Notes: a model not told the origin generated them from the sequence alone. A stretch of 64,000 bases of DNA from an uncultured Planctomycetota bacterium (GCA_963823665.1 CAWGMQ010000010.1:768001-832000), one strand, 5' to 3'; shown: positions 1 to 10,203, counted from the stretch's first letter. Numbers and translations: made by a program.

Positions 1-35
1 GGAGTGGTGTTTTCGGACAACGAGTCAGGCGGGTT

Positions 36-1334
36 TCACGACGCCTCGATCCGCTTCACGAGGATGCGATCGACGCGGTTGCCATCCATGTCGACGATCT
101 CGAACGAGTGGCCCTGCCATTCAAAGCTCTCGGCGACGCGCGGAATGCGGCCGAGCTGGGTGACGACCAGGCCGGCGAGGGTGTGAAAGTCGCCTTCGGG
201 AAGGCTCACTAGCTCGAACAAGTCGCGGAACTCATCGAGCGCCATGCGGCCGTCAAGCAGCCACGATCCGTCCTGGCGCTGGACGGCGGCGGGCTGCTCC
301 TGGCTCTGGAGCTTCGTGGGCATGTCGCCGACGATCGCCTGGAGTATGTCGCTCAGCGTGACCATCCCTAGCACGGTACCGAATTCGTCGAGGACCACGG
401 CGACCCGGCTGGCCGATTTCTTGAACGTCTCGAGAGTTTTCAGGCCGCGAGTCCCTTCGTAGATGAACAGTGGCAACGTGAGACGCCCCTTGATCCGGTA
501 GGGCTCGAGGCTGTTCTGTTCTCCCAGGAGGTCTTTGATCTGGACGATCCCGAGCAAGTTGTCGAGGCTCTGGTCGCAGACCGGGAACCGTGTGTGATGG
601 CTGGAGATGATCTTGTTGCGGATTTCTTCCGGAGGGTCAGCGACATCGAGCCAGACGACGTCGCTCCGGGGTGTCATCAGGGCGCGCGCCCGCCTGTCGC
701 AGAAGCGGAAGACCCGCTTGATCATCTCGTGCTCGCCTTCTTCGAAGACACCGGCCTTGGTGCCTTCCTGCAGGAGCAAGGAGACTTCCTCCTGGGTCAC
801 GGGCGGCTCCTGAGCGGGGTGTATTCCTATCGTGCGCAGGAGGAGATCGGTCAGCCAGCTCGCGAGTCGCATCACCGGAACGGCAAGCAGCGAGAGGCCC
901 CGGACCGGCAAGGCCAGGAGCCCCGCTGTCCGCTCCGGCCGGAGCAAGGCCAGCCGCCTGGGCATCATCTCCGAAAAGAGAATCGACGCGAGTGTGACAG
1001 CCACGACCACAATCCAAAAGATAGCGATTTGTTCCCGACCCGCCAGGCCTCCGGCACCTCCGATCACCCAGCCGAGCGCAGGCAACAGATAGTTGCCCGC
1101 ATAAACGCCAATCGCCACGCTGAGCAATGTCGCGACGAGTTGCACGGTCCACTCCAGGCCCCTGGGGTCGTTCCGCAGCAGAAGCGCGGCCGACGCGGCC
1201 CGATTTCCCTGACTCGACCAGTCGTTCAACTGCGATTTCCTGGCCGCTTCGATCGACGTTCGCGACATCGCCAGAAGACCGTTCAGCAGGATCAAGCCTA
1301 GTATGACCAGAGTTTCCACAGCGATGGCTTGCAT
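36..1334 (-). CDS. Hemolysin-family/CNNM (DUF21)-CBS-CorC_HlyC membrane protein, putative Mg2+/Co2+ transporter
   Basis: N-terminal TM block (ILLNGLLAMSRTS..., ILFSEMMPRRLA), CBS pair (ARALMTPRSDVVWLD, HTRFPV, VVLDEFGTVLGMVTLSDILQAIVGD) and C-terminal CorC_HlyC (WLLDGRMALDE, HTLAGLV, FEIVDMDGNRVDRILV). ATG at 1334 preferred over the ORF-track start at 1433. Confidence 0.92.
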   Translation of the reverse strand: MQAIAVETLVILGLILLNGLLAMSRTSIEAARKSQLNDWSSQGNRAASAALLLRNDPRGLEWTVQLVATLLSVAIGVYAGNYLLPALGWVIGGAGGLAGREQIAIFWIVVVAVTLASILFSEMMPRRLALLRPERTAGLLALPVRGLSLLAVPVMRLASWLTDLLLRTIGIHPAQEPPVTQEEVSLLLQEGTKAGVFEEGEHEMIKRVFRFCDRRARALMTPRSDVVWLDVADPPEEIRNKIISSHHTRFPVCDQSLDNLLGIVQIKDLLGEQNSLEPYRIKGRLTLPLFIYEGTRGLKTLETFKKSASRVAVVLDEFGTVLGMVTLSDILQAIVGDMPTKLQSQEQPAAVQRQDGSWLLDGRMALDEFRDLFELVSLPEGDFHTLAGLVVTQLGRIPRVAESFEWQGHSFEIVDMDGNRVDRILVKRIEAS

Positions 1335-1547
1335 CACGTCGACCTCATTCGGAGACGCCTCGCCGGCGATCGTTGCCGGAACGGCGGGTGCGATCGTCGA
1401 GCGCAGGGGACCAAGGAACAGGGACCTGGTCACCCGTAGAGATTAGGGATTGCGCCGAAAGCCGGACAAGAGAGAACCGGCAGCCGGATCAAGATCGGTC
1501 ACACCTGGCGGCGGGCATCGGCCGCCAGAGCAGCGAGTGTCTACCGG

Positions 1548-1823
1548 TCAGTCGAACAGCTTACTTTCGAGGCGCTTTGCCTCGCTGACACGATCACGTA
1601 ATTTCAAGTCGTTGTGGGCATCCCAGGTGCGGCGGGCGAGTGCGACGTGGTACCCGTCACGTACGGATTCGCGCGCGGCCATGAAGATCGACGCCAGGGA
1701 AGAAGACGAAAGGTCACCGTCGTTCAGCAACTCGTCGATCAATGAATCGACGCGATCCAGAATCGTGGCGGGTGCGCCTTCAGATGATTTCATGGGTCGT
1801 GACGGGTCGCGCAGCGAAAACAT
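1548..1823 (-). CDS. Small hypothetical helical protein
   Basis: 91-aa ORF with natural amphipathic composition (ILDRVDSLIDELL); no motif recognised; true start may be an internal ATG. Confidence 0.5.
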   Translation of the reverse strand: MFSLRDPSRPMKSSEGAPATILDRVDSLIDELLNDGDLSSSSLASIFMAARESVRDGYHVALARRTWDAHNDLKLRDRVSEAKRLESKLFD

Positions 1824-2211
1824 GTACGGAAAACTCCATTTGCGAATCGCGTTTGATCATGCACCTATCGTCCCGAGTGCGTTTAGAATTGTCAAGAAAT
1901 CGTGACGATTGGGCTGAGGCGAGAGCACGTGCATGGTGGTTTTTCACAACATCGTGGGCGTTCTGCGATGATGCAAGTCATGGTGGCCGCATGCTCTAGG
2001 GCGTTTCCACGAAGCGCCGCCGGTCTGGAAAAAAGGTTGGAGCCGCGAACGGGCGCACGTTATGGTAAGCGAGGTCATCATTTCCGGCTTGCGTTGCATC
2101 TGCACGTGATCGCGTTAGTCCCGTTCCGCTACGAAGTGGTGGTTCATGGCTGCATGAGGGTCACCTGAGTTCCGGCTGAGGCGAGGCTGCCGGGAGGGGA
2201 GGTTGGGGGCG

Positions 2212-2787
2212 ATGCCGTACGTGACGTGTCCGACGTGTGGCGAACGCGGCAAGATCCCGCCCAGCCTGATTGGGGCGCGGATCAAATGCCGCAAGTGCGG
2301 GCTCGGTTTTCAAGTCGCCGCACCGGCGGCCAAGAGCGGAGGGCTTGTGAATGCCCCACCGGCTTCGCCGGGGGGCGCTTCGGTCCCTTCCGCGGTTGCC
2401 GAGCCGCTGCACGGCATCGAGGTGGAAGGGCTCGATGCTTCGTCCTGGGCGATTCCTGCGGAGACGGCTGCTTTCTTGAAGGGAGAAGCCGGGGCGCCTG
2501 CTCCGGCCGCGGCCGTGGCTACTGCCCCCGCTGAGCCGGTTGGCCGCGTAGAAAGCACGCCCGCGTTTGTCGCCGCCGACCCGGCGGCGCCCGCCGCCAA
2601 AGAATATAAGCTGCTGACCTCCCGAGACAAGATCTTCGAGGGCAAGTTCGACCTGGCCCGGCTGGAAGAAGCTCTGAATCACTATGCGAAGCACGGCTGG
2701 ACGGCCAAGACGATGCTGGCTCCGCACATGAAAAACTTCACCGGGGTGGTCGAGGAAGTGATCGTCGTGATGCTGGAGCGGGGATGA
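2212..2787 (+). CDS. Zinc-ribbon (CxxC...CxxC) protein with Ala/Pro linker and C-terminal DUF4177-like domain
   Basis: MPYVTCPTCGERGKIP...IKCRKCG; C-terminus EYKLL...LEEALNHYAKHGW...VIVVMLER; purine-rich RBS upstream of ATG 2212. Confidence 0.8.
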   Translation: MPYVTCPTCGERGKIPPSLIGARIKCRKCGLGFQVAAPAAKSGGLVNAPPASPGGASVPSAVAEPLHGIEVEGLDASSWAIPAETAAFLKGEAGAPAPAAAVATAPAEPVGRVESTPAFVAADPAAPAAKEYKLLTSRDKIFEGKFDLARLEEALNHYAKHGWTAKTMLAPHMKNFTGVVEEVIVVMLERG

Positions 2788-3866
2788 ATCGAGAAGCACG
2801 GCTTGACCCGGCGCCTCGGGGGGTCACGACGCTGGACCTTTTGCTCTTCACCGCGGGATTCGCCTGCGGCTGGGTGATGCACCAGGGCTCGGCCTTGCGC
2901 GCCAGCGACTTTTATATCCTGCCGATGTCAAGTGGCGGGTTTCGCTCGCTGTTGGGTTCGGTGTGGGCCGGCTGGCTCTGGGCGGCTGTGATTGGGCTGG
3001 CGTTTTTGATTGTGGGGCGGCGGTTTCGATACGACTGCCGAGATCGCGTCGCCGAGTGGCTGGCTGTTGCACTCGCCATCGTTTTGTTCGAGTCGGTTTA
3101 CCCGGCATTTCGAACCGCACGCGCGAGCGCGATGACCGGCGAAACGGCGTGGATTGAGCCGAGCGCTGCACCCGATTCCCAGTACGCGGTCGACAACTTC
3201 CGCAATCGGGCATACTTGCCGAGAGCGGCTCCGCTCATGTACGAGCTTTGGTGGCCGCAGCCAGGCGAGAGCCTGGCGGACCTCGCGTCGACGGTGCTGC
3301 GATTGACGTTGGCGGCGGTCATCGTTGCGGTTTTCACGTGGCGCTTTCGAGCGAAATTGAGCCGGGGGTTGGCCGTCGTCCTGTTGATTGTGATAGCGGT
3401 GCTCTTCACGCTTGGACCGATGCGGCTCGCCGAGGCAACATCGACGGAAGTCAGATCGTCGGCGCCGAATCCTGCCTATCAACCTCGCGTCGGTGAGAAA
3501 CCCTGGAGCTGGCCGCGGGTGGCGGCTTATTTCGACGCGCGCGCCTGGGCGGGTTACTCGCTTCGAGCGCTCGCGCTCGTGACGGTTGCGATCCTGGCGG
3601 CGGCGAGTCTCGTGAAACGCTGGCGAGCCTGGCTGTGGACGGAGTGGGCGGCGGTTCTTTTTGCGGGGATTATCGCCGGCTGCTGGATTTTCGATGAGTT
3701 CTTCGCGCGCCCAGCGCTCGATCGAACGGTGCGGGTCACCCTGCTGGGTGCCTGGCTGCTTTTGATCGCTTCGGTAGCGGGCGGTGGCATCGGGGTTTGG
3801 ACCAGGTTGGTACGGCGTTCTCGGAACGCGGATGAAGTCGGTCAAAGTTGTCAAGCTAGTGCTTGA
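2784..3866 (+). CDS. Multi-pass membrane protein of unknown function
   Basis: 360-aa ORF with many hydrophobic Trp-rich segments; ATGA overlap with the upstream gene; a diverged relic copy lies at 4460-4789. Confidence 0.8.
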   Translation: MNREARLDPAPRGVTTLDLLLFTAGFACGWVMHQGSALRASDFYILPMSSGGFRSLLGSVWAGWLWAAVIGLAFLIVGRRFRYDCRDRVAEWLAVALAIVLFESVYPAFRTARASAMTGETAWIEPSAAPDSQYAVDNFRNRAYLPRAAPLMYELWWPQPGESLADLASTVLRLTLAAVIVAVFTWRFRAKLSRGLAVVLLIVIAVLFTLGPMRLAEATSTEVRSSAPNPAYQPRVGEKPWSWPRVAAYFDARAWAGYSLRALALVTVAILAAASLVKRWRAWLWTEWAAVLFAGIIAGCWIFDEFFARPALDRTVRVTLLGAWLLLIASVAGGGIGVWTRLVRRSRNADEVGQSCQASA

Positions 3867-3924
3867 TCAACCTGCAATTGACGGGTTGTTGGACGCGGGT
3901 CCTCCCGACCCCGTCGCAGTGTCG

Positions 3925-3943
3925 CCCTTCGCTTCGCGAAGGG
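3925..3943. repeat. Short perfect hairpin (REP-like)
   Basis: CCCTTCGC-TTC-GCGAAGGG, 8-bp stem in the intergenic gap; a related half-site GCGGAGCGAAAGCGAC occurs near 36735-36750. Confidence 0.35.
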
Positions 3944-3971
3944 ACCTCCTCCGGACTTCCGGGACGCCCTG

Positions 3972-4397
3972 GTGAAACCGCCGCGGTTCACGATTGCGAG
4001 CCTGATGATTCTTGTGGCAGTCGCCGCGCTCCTGATCTACATGTTTGGGTTCGCGCCGCTATGGCTTTTCTTCGGGCTGCTTCCCGTGCTTGCTGCGATC
4101 ATGACTCGTGCGTATCGGAAACACACTCATCGCGCTACCGGCCTCAAAAAGTCAGAGCGGCTCGCGGCGCAGACTGCGGTCGGGCTGCTCGCTCTCGGAA
4201 CGCTCACGCCAGTGATCGGACTGCGGATGGCGTCGATGATTGCGCCCATGGCCACTCGTCTCGATATGGCCATGGCGTTTTCTATTGCGATCATGCTCGG
4301 GGCGCCATCGTTCCTTCTCGGCCTTTTCATCCTCTGGCGATTGCGTGCGGAGCGCTCAGTGGCAGCGGCAGCTCGATCGAATCCCGATATCGAATAG
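3972..4397 (+). CDS. Small membrane protein with planctomycete-type N-terminus
   Basis: MKPPRFTIASLMILVAVAALL followed by three further hydrophobic segments. Confidence 0.7.
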   Translation: MKPPRFTIASLMILVAVAALLIYMFGFAPLWLFFGLLPVLAAIMTRAYRKHTHRATGLKKSERLAAQTAVGLLALGTLTPVIGLRMASMIAPMATRLDMAMAFSIAIMLGAPSFLLGLFILWRLRAERSVAAAARSNPDIE

Positions 4398-4423
4398 GGC
4401 ATCTGTTTGGAATCAGGGTCAGG

Positions 4424-4789
4424 CTCGGAAAGGTCGATCCTTGTCTTGCTGGAGCGGGCATGATCCGAGAACCACGGCAAGACCCAGCGCCCCGCGGCGT
4501 CACGACGCTCGATTTCTTGCTGATCACCGCCGGTTTTGCCTGCGGATGGGTGATGCATCAGTGATCCGCATGACCCTTGGGTTTCTGGCGGTTGGAAACT
4601 TATATGAAGCGATGGCGGCACTGGCTCTGGACCGAATGGGCAGCGTTCGCCTCCGCGACGATCATCGCCGGCTACTGGTTTTACAACGAGTTTGTCGTCC
4701 GGCCTGCGCTCGATCGCACGGTCCGGGTAGCAGCATTAGCCGCATTCGTACCTCGCAGAACCTTCCGCTCGTTGTGGCGCTCTGTCTAA
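4424..4789 (+). pseudogene. Internally deleted relic of the DUF4177 gene/membrane gene pair at 2212-3866
   Basis: ERSILVLLERA* matches EEVIVVMLERG*. MIREPRQDPAPRGVTTLDFLLITAGFACGWVMHQ* matches MNREARLDPAPRGVTTLDLLLFTAGFACGWVMHQ. KRWRHWLWTEWAAF...RPALDRTVRV matches KRWRAWLWTEWAAV...RPALDRTVRV. Confidence 0.88.
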
Positions 4790-4951
4790 CTATATTCATG
4801 GCAACTTTGGCTGGACTTCTTTGCCGCAGTCTTCGTTTACCGTGACCGGCCCAGTCGCATCGTCGTTCGTTGACAATTGTAAGACCTCAAGTTAACGTTG
4901 CGTTAGTCTGCGTGCGAGGTGCTTTCATAGACTTGTTGTGAGACAACGGCG

Positions 4952-6159
4952 ATGCGATTCGATCGATTCGGGGCGGGGCAATTGATCTTGATGCTGGCCG
5001 CGGGTGGGGCGCGGGCCGGGGACGACAAGAGCGCCCGCGCGCACGGCTCGCCGAGATCGAGGCTGCCCAGGCGGATGTGCGGAAGCAATTCTCCGAGGCC
5101 ATGCAAAAGGTCGGGCAGGCCGAGCGGGCGCAGGCTGCGCTCGATCAATTCCATTCGGGGCTACAAAAAAACATGGATGCCGCGCTCGAGCTGGCGCGGG
5201 CCAACCCGGGTGATCCCGTGGCGCTCGAGGCGCTCAAGTTCGTGGTCCGGACGAACCGCGCCGGCCCCGGCGACGCCTCGGCGCGGGCCCTCAAAATGCT
5301 TCTCGACGGCAAATACGAGCGCGAATCGGATCAGCGCGGTTATCTGCCGACCGTCGGCCTCACGCTCCGCCAGTACCCCGACGCCGAGAAGCTCCTTCGT
5401 AGCATGCTCGAAAAAAATCCCAGCCGCACGAACCGTGCTCAGGCTTGCTACTGGCTCGCCAATCACCTTCACCAGCAGGCGCGCATGGTGCGCAAGCTGC
5501 GAGAGAAGCCCGAGGAGATTGCGAACTACCGTGACTACAAGGCCGCACAGCCGATCGAAGAGTTCCTGAGCACGCACGACGACACTGCTCTCGAACGAGA
5601 ATCGGAAGCGCTCTTCGAGCGTGTCATCGCCGAATTCGGTGACGAGAAGATTGAAGAAGATTCCAGACCGCTGGGCGTCATCGCCACCGGCGAGCTGTTC
5701 ACGCGGCGGAACTTGAAGTCCGGTATGGTCGCGCCTGACATCGAGGGCAAGGACCACGAGGGCAAGAGCTTCAAGTTGAGCGGCTTCCGCGGGAAGGTCG
5801 TCGTTTTGACCTTCTCCGGCAACTGGTGCGGGCCGTGCAGGGGGATGTACCCGCAGGAGCGTATGCTGGTCTCGGCACTCAAGGACAAGCCATTCGCAAT
5901 GGTCAGCGTCAACACGGATAAGGACCCGCAGACGCTGCGTGACGCAATCAAAGCGGGAGAGATTACCTGGCCGTGCTGGCACGACGGCGGCACCGACGGC
6001 CCGATCACGACCCATTGGGGCATTATCTCATTTCCGACGATCTTCGTGCTCGACCCCGACGGCGTGATCCGCCATCGAGACCTGCGCGGCGAGGAGCTGG
6101 ACCGTGCGGTCGCGACCTTGCTCGCGAATATCACTCCGAAGAATATCGGCGCGAATTGA
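4952..6159 (+). CDS. Exported TlpA-family thiol-disulfide oxidoreductase with helical N-terminal domain (frameshift near 5040-5075)
   Basis: Signal-like N-terminus in frame 4952 (LILMLAAGGARAGDD); frame 5077-6159 has APDIEGKD..FKLSGFRGKVVVLTFSGNWCGPC and WGIISFPTIFVLDPDGVIR. Confidence 0.85.
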
Positions 6160-6621
6160 GTTGCATCGGCGACCTCAGACATGTCGTCGGTTTGAGCGAT
6201 TGTCGAGTTGGGGGGAAAAGTCCCAGCCCGCTTGTTCGTGGGCCTAGACACGACGTATATCGACACAATTTCTTCATACTTGCAATGATGGCGACTATTG
6301 TGGTATGAATTGGCGCATCAGGCCGTGGTTTGTCGCCATCGAATGATAATCTTTCCTGGTGATCGGCTATCCTGAAGACTTGTTCGACGGAGAAGGCGCT
6401 GCTCTCCCCCATCGCCCTCGAGCTCCTCCCACCGGTCGAATGAGTCGAACGCACGAGCGGCGATTGTCCAGAATCCGCACGGAACCTCCTCTCCGCGTCG
6501 CTGGTTGATTGCGCAGCTTTCGTTTGATCGGCTATCGACTTGTTGCTGGCTTGAAAGTCGGAACAAGGTTTTATGATTTTCTTCCGTTCTTCATCTCTTT
6601 CGCGGTGAGGGGGCTTCGTTG

Positions 6622-7785
6622 ATGCGAGTCAATCGTTCTTTCCGCTCTGACGCTCGTTCGGCGTTTACGCTGATCGAGCTTCTAGTCGTGATCGCGATCA
6701 TCGCGGTGTTGATCGCTCTGTTATTGCCGGCCGTTCAGTCGGCCCGCCAGGCGGCTCAGCGCATCCAGTGCACGAATAACATGAAGCAACTGGCTCTCGC
6801 GTGCATGAACTACGAGAGCACGAACCAGTGTTTCCCGATGCAGTCGTCGAATCCGGCCGCGAACACTCAGACCGACCTGACCGTGGGCTGGATGCCGCCG
6901 TTGCTTCAATACACGGAAGCGAATCAGTTTTTTAATGCCATGAACTTCAATGTCGACGTGATGGGGACCGGGTTCGGCGGTTTTGCCAACTCGACGGCGA
7001 CGTGCGCGAACCTTGCGGTCCTGATGTGTCCGTCGGAGAGCCAGTGGACCCCGTTGCGGGTTTGGGACAACGGGATCTATTACGGTATGACGAGTTACAT
7101 GGGCAACTACGGCGGCCCTGGCCCGATCGCGCTCATGAGCGGGACGATCATTCCCGCCAATAACTTCCTCATCGGGTCTGCAACGAACAACACGACGGGT
7201 GGTGCGGGGATCGCCCTGTATGCGCCGCCGGCGTGGGGGCCGGTGAAGTTTGCCTCGGTCAGCGACGGCTTGTCGAACACGGGTCTGATCAGCGAGCGAT
7301 TGCTCGGAATGGCCACGACTCCGGCCAACATCAATTCCGCCGGCGGCAGTGTGAACCGCTGCGCGGTCCACAGCTACACCTCAGGCACCGGTGCGGGCAC
7401 GGGGAGTGCGGGTGCATTGGCCATGTATCAGGCGTGCTCCGCCTTACCTGGGACCACGGTCCTCCGATTCTGCGGTGGCAACGGGCAGATGTGGGCCGCG
7501 ACCTTCCCGGATTGGTTGGTCATCAGCTCGTACAACCACTTCGGCACGCCCAACCAGATCCCGTGCACCAATAGCTCAGACCCGACCGACGGCAACTCGA
7601 TCTGGGCCGGCTACTACGTCACCGCGCTGGGGAGTGCCCCACCGAGCTCTTTTCACCCCGGCGGCGTGAACGTGGCCTTCGGCGACGGCTCGGTCCACTT
7701 CATCAAGAACTCTGTCAACCCGCAGACGTGGTGGGGCCTTGGTAGCCGCAACGGTGCTGAGGTCCTCAGCGCCGACGCCTACTGA
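6622..7785 (+). CDS. DUF1559 prepilin-type N-terminal cleavage/methylation protein with H-X9-DG motif
   Basis: [48 protein letters not shown]-terminal [20 protein letters not shown]. Confidence 0.96.
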   Translation: MRVNRSFRSDARSAFTLIELLVVIAIIAVLIALLLPAVQSARQAAQRIQCTNNMKQLALACMNYESTNQCFPMQSSNPAANTQTDLTVGWMPPLLQYTEANQFFNAMNFNVDVMGTGFGGFANSTATCANLAVLMCPSESQWTPLRVWDNGIYYGMTSYMGNYGGPGPIALMSGTIIPANNFLIGSATNNTTGGAGIALYAPPAWGPVKFASVSDGLSNTGLISERLLGMATTPANINSAGGSVNRCAVHSYTSGTGAGTGSAGALAMYQACSALPGTTVLRFCGGNGQMWAATFPDWLVISSYNHFGTPNQIPCTNSSDPTDGNSIWAGYYVTALGSAPPSSFHPGGVNVAFGDGSVHFIKNSVNPQTWWGLGSRNGAEVLSADAY

Positions 7786-7818
7786 GATCCGATCAATTGG
7801 TGCGTCCGTTGACTGGCT

Positions 7819-7884
7819 GATGGGCCCAAATCGATAATGGCCCATCCCTGACGGCCCGGAGGGTGGGTTGAGCGCACCCTCCGG
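7819..7884. other. Two tandem intergenic stem-loops
   Basis: GATGGGCC(7819-26)/GGCCCATC(7839-46) and CCGGAGGGTG(7856-65)/CACCCTCCGG(7875-84); no clear U-tract. Confidence 0.5.
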
Positions 7885-7989
7885 CCTCAAGTTGTGGTCG
7901 ATCGTGCTCGCCCGCGCCCGATGGTCTTACCGAGTTCGATCCAATAGCCTCTCTGTGTTTTTCTCCTCGCAACCAAGTAAGGGATTCCA

Positions 7990-8220
7990 ATGAAGCGATT
8001 TGCTCTTCTCTTCGCCTCGTTCGCGCTCGCGCTTTCGATCTCCGGCTGTGGTGGGTCTGGCTCAGCGGGCGCCCGTGTTGAAGACTTGCCGGACGAGGTG
8101 AAGGAGTACGAAGCCAGACGAGAGGCCGAACGCGGCAGCGGCAAGACGCCTTCTGCCAAGACCGTCAGTCCCGCGAAGAACAAAGGCGCCGCCGCTCAAG
8201 GTGAGCCTGGGGCAAAATGA
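7990..8220 (+). CDS. Small lipoprotein partner of the DUF1559 gene
   Basis: MKRFALLFASFALALSISGC lipobox followed by GGSGS and a charged tail. Confidence 0.8.
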   Translation: MKRFALLFASFALALSISGCGGSGSAGARVEDLPDEVKEYEARREAERGSGKTPSAKTVSPAKNKGAAAQGEPGAK

Positions 8221-8348
8221 CGACTGAGCCATCACGCCTTGCGGGATCCGGGAGCGGCCGGCGCCGGCGGTTTGGTTCGCTATCTGAGAAAGTTGCATCC
8301 GTGAAATCGTGGTCGCGAGCGAAAAGCTGTTTTCTGCGGGGGGCATCG

Positions 8349-9341
8349 ATGAGATACGGACTGGCGTTGCTGGTGGTCATTGGTACGGCGGCCGCGGCCG
8401 ATGAACCGCGCCCCAAGGTCGGCGAAAAGTTGGCGCGTTCCGGCGACGAAATCGTCGTCTGCGGACAGCTCTACCACACGACCGCGCGCGTTGTCCTCTG
8501 GACCGATCCCGGCGGATTCGACGCCTATCGCGTGGAACGGCGATTTGCTCCGTTGGCCGTGTCGGGGTGGAGCAAGGATGCCGTGCCGGGCCTGAACAAC
8601 CCCAATCGTTACGGTATGCGGCGTCGCAATTTGACCGCGGTCGAGATCGAGCGCGTGCGCGGTGGGGGCTGGGACCTGCCGCTCTTGCAGAAGGTCGTGG
8701 ACCAGTTCGTTATCCACTACGACGTTTGCGGCACCAGCCGCCGGTGTTTCGAGGTGCTCCATGACATGCGCGGCTTGAGCGTCCATTTCATGCTTGACCT
8801 GGACGGCACGATCTACCAGACCCTTGACCTCAAGGAATCGGCCTGGCACGCCACGATCGCCAATGGCCGCTCGATCGGCATCGAGATCGCCAATATGGGC
8901 GCATACCCGCCCAACGAGACGGCAACTCTGTCAGAATGGTATCGGCCGGATGCCGATGGCAAGATCCGGATCATCGACCCCAAAACCGGGCGATCGCCGG
9001 CCGTCGGCGATTCCTCGATCGAGCTTCGGCCGAGCCGAGCCGAGCCGGTCGTCGGCAAGATTCAAGGACAGGAACTCCGCCAGTACGATTTGACCCCCCA
9101 GCAGTACGACTCGCTCGCCCGGCTCGCGGCCACGCTTTGCACGGTTTTTCCCAAGATCAAGTGCGACTATCCCCATGACGCTAGTGGCGCCGTCATTACT
9201 CAGAAGCTCCCAGACGTCGACCTGGCGTCCTACCAGGGAATTCTCGGCCACTATCACGTCCAGACCAACAAGGTCGATCCCGGCCCGGCTTTTCAGTGGC
9301 AGCGGTTCATCGAAACGACCCGGGATCTGATGAAGAAGTAA
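8349..9341 (+). CDS. Exported N-acetylmuramoyl-L-alanine amidase (Amidase_2/AmpD-like)
   Basis: Signal peptide MRYGLALLVVIGTAAAA; QFVIHYD, GLSVHFMLDLDGTIYQ, AWHA, NGRSIGIEIAN, ILGHYHV, KVDPGPAFQW. Confidence 0.9.
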   Translation: MRYGLALLVVIGTAAAADEPRPKVGEKLARSGDEIVVCGQLYHTTARVVLWTDPGGFDAYRVERRFAPLAVSGWSKDAVPGLNNPNRYGMRRRNLTAVEIERVRGGGWDLPLLQKVVDQFVIHYDVCGTSRRCFEVLHDMRGLSVHFMLDLDGTIYQTLDLKESAWHATIANGRSIGIEIANMGAYPPNETATLSEWYRPDADGKIRIIDPKTGRSPAVGDSSIELRPSRAEPVVGKIQGQELRQYDLTPQQYDSLARLAATLCTVFPKIKCDYPHDASGAVITQKLPDVDLASYQGILGHYHVQTNKVDPGPAFQWQRFIETTRDLMKK

Positions 9342-9379
9342 TTGATAAAAGGCATCAGGAACCATTCGGCCTGCGCCAT

Positions 9380-9604
9380 CTAGCGCACGGCTTCCGCGAC
9401 CGGCGGCGCCGCGCTCGAACCCGCGGCCCGGGCGGGCTTACCTGCCATGAAGCGGTTGCAGCCGCCGTTTCCCGAAATGCGAAGGCGAAAGGGCTGGAGC
9501 TCTTCATCGATGCAAAGCCCCATCGTCAAGTTCTCGATGGCCGCTTTGGGCTCGATCTGCCACCACTTGCAATCGCGGCAAAGGCCCCATTCTTCGTTTG
9601 CCAT
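9380..9604 (-). CDS. 74-aa four-cysteine protein (C-x2-C-x18-C-x17-C), putative metal/Fe-S binding
   Basis: MANEEWGLCRDCKWWQ...MGLCIDEE...GNGGCNRF; AGGAG RBS upstream; a paralog relic at 14642-14752 supports that it is a real gene. Confidence 0.8.
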   Translation of the reverse strand: MANEEWGLCRDCKWWQIEPKAAIENLTMGLCIDEELQPFRLRISGNGGCNRFMAGKPARAAGSSAAPPVAEAVR

Positions 9605-9698
9605 GGCTCTACTCCTGGCATTGAAGGTTCGATAGTTAGCTATCGATGACTCTCCCGCAAACCCCGTACCGCTGCGCTTCAGCGTGCCGATAAAAGGG

Positions 9699-9988
9699 TC
9701 AGGAGCCATTCTCTGACACCTTTGGCCCAAGACCGAACACGTGCTCAGCGTTTGTTCGGAAGACTTCCTCGCGATGCTCTTTGGGAATGATGGTCTCGAT
9801 GAGCCGGCCGTAGGAGGCCATGGGAGCAAGCGGCCAATCGCTCCCATAATGGAAAATCACGGGCAGATGATACTTCTTCGCGAGTCGGTAGTATGGAACG
9901 TAGTTCGGGTGGTCGGGTCCGAAGTACCTGCGAGTTTCAAGAGCGCCCGCCGGGTGAAGCCGCTGTTTGCTGATGCTCTGTCAAGCAA
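9699..9988 (-). pseudogene. Amidohydrolase_2-family gene relic, copy A (two internal deletions)
   Basis: GGAG + TTG start MLDRASANSGFTRRALLKLAG (Tat-like), then YFGPDHPNYVPYYRLAKKYHLPVIFH joined directly to YGSDWPLAPMASYGRLIETIIPKEHREEVFRTNAEHVFGL. Confidence 0.8.
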
Positions 9989-10095
9989 GTCCCGCTCCCA
10001 ATCAGGTTGTGAGCTCGTGGCCAGCCAGGCCGGCGTTTTCGATAGCCCGGTAGTCGGATTGTACAGAAAAACCGGGGAGTGGTGGTCGGTCGCGG

Positions 10096-10203
10096 CTGCG
10101 GCAGCCGCTCGAAGAGGGCGAAGTGATGATCAGCCGGGCGCTGCGGAGCATGACGTTTCCGGCCGAATTCATCCTGGTGGCGGCGATGAACCCGTGCCCG
10201 TGC
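10096..10203 (+). repeat. Internal comM fragment (copy of 18230-18337)
   Basis: Encodes [36 protein letters not shown]; 102/108 nt identical to comM by manual alignment. Confidence 0.93.

Noticed and set aside
36..1334. Hemolysin toxin
   Set aside because: The architecture is CNNM-CBS-CorC, a divalent-cation transport family; the hemolysin name is historical.
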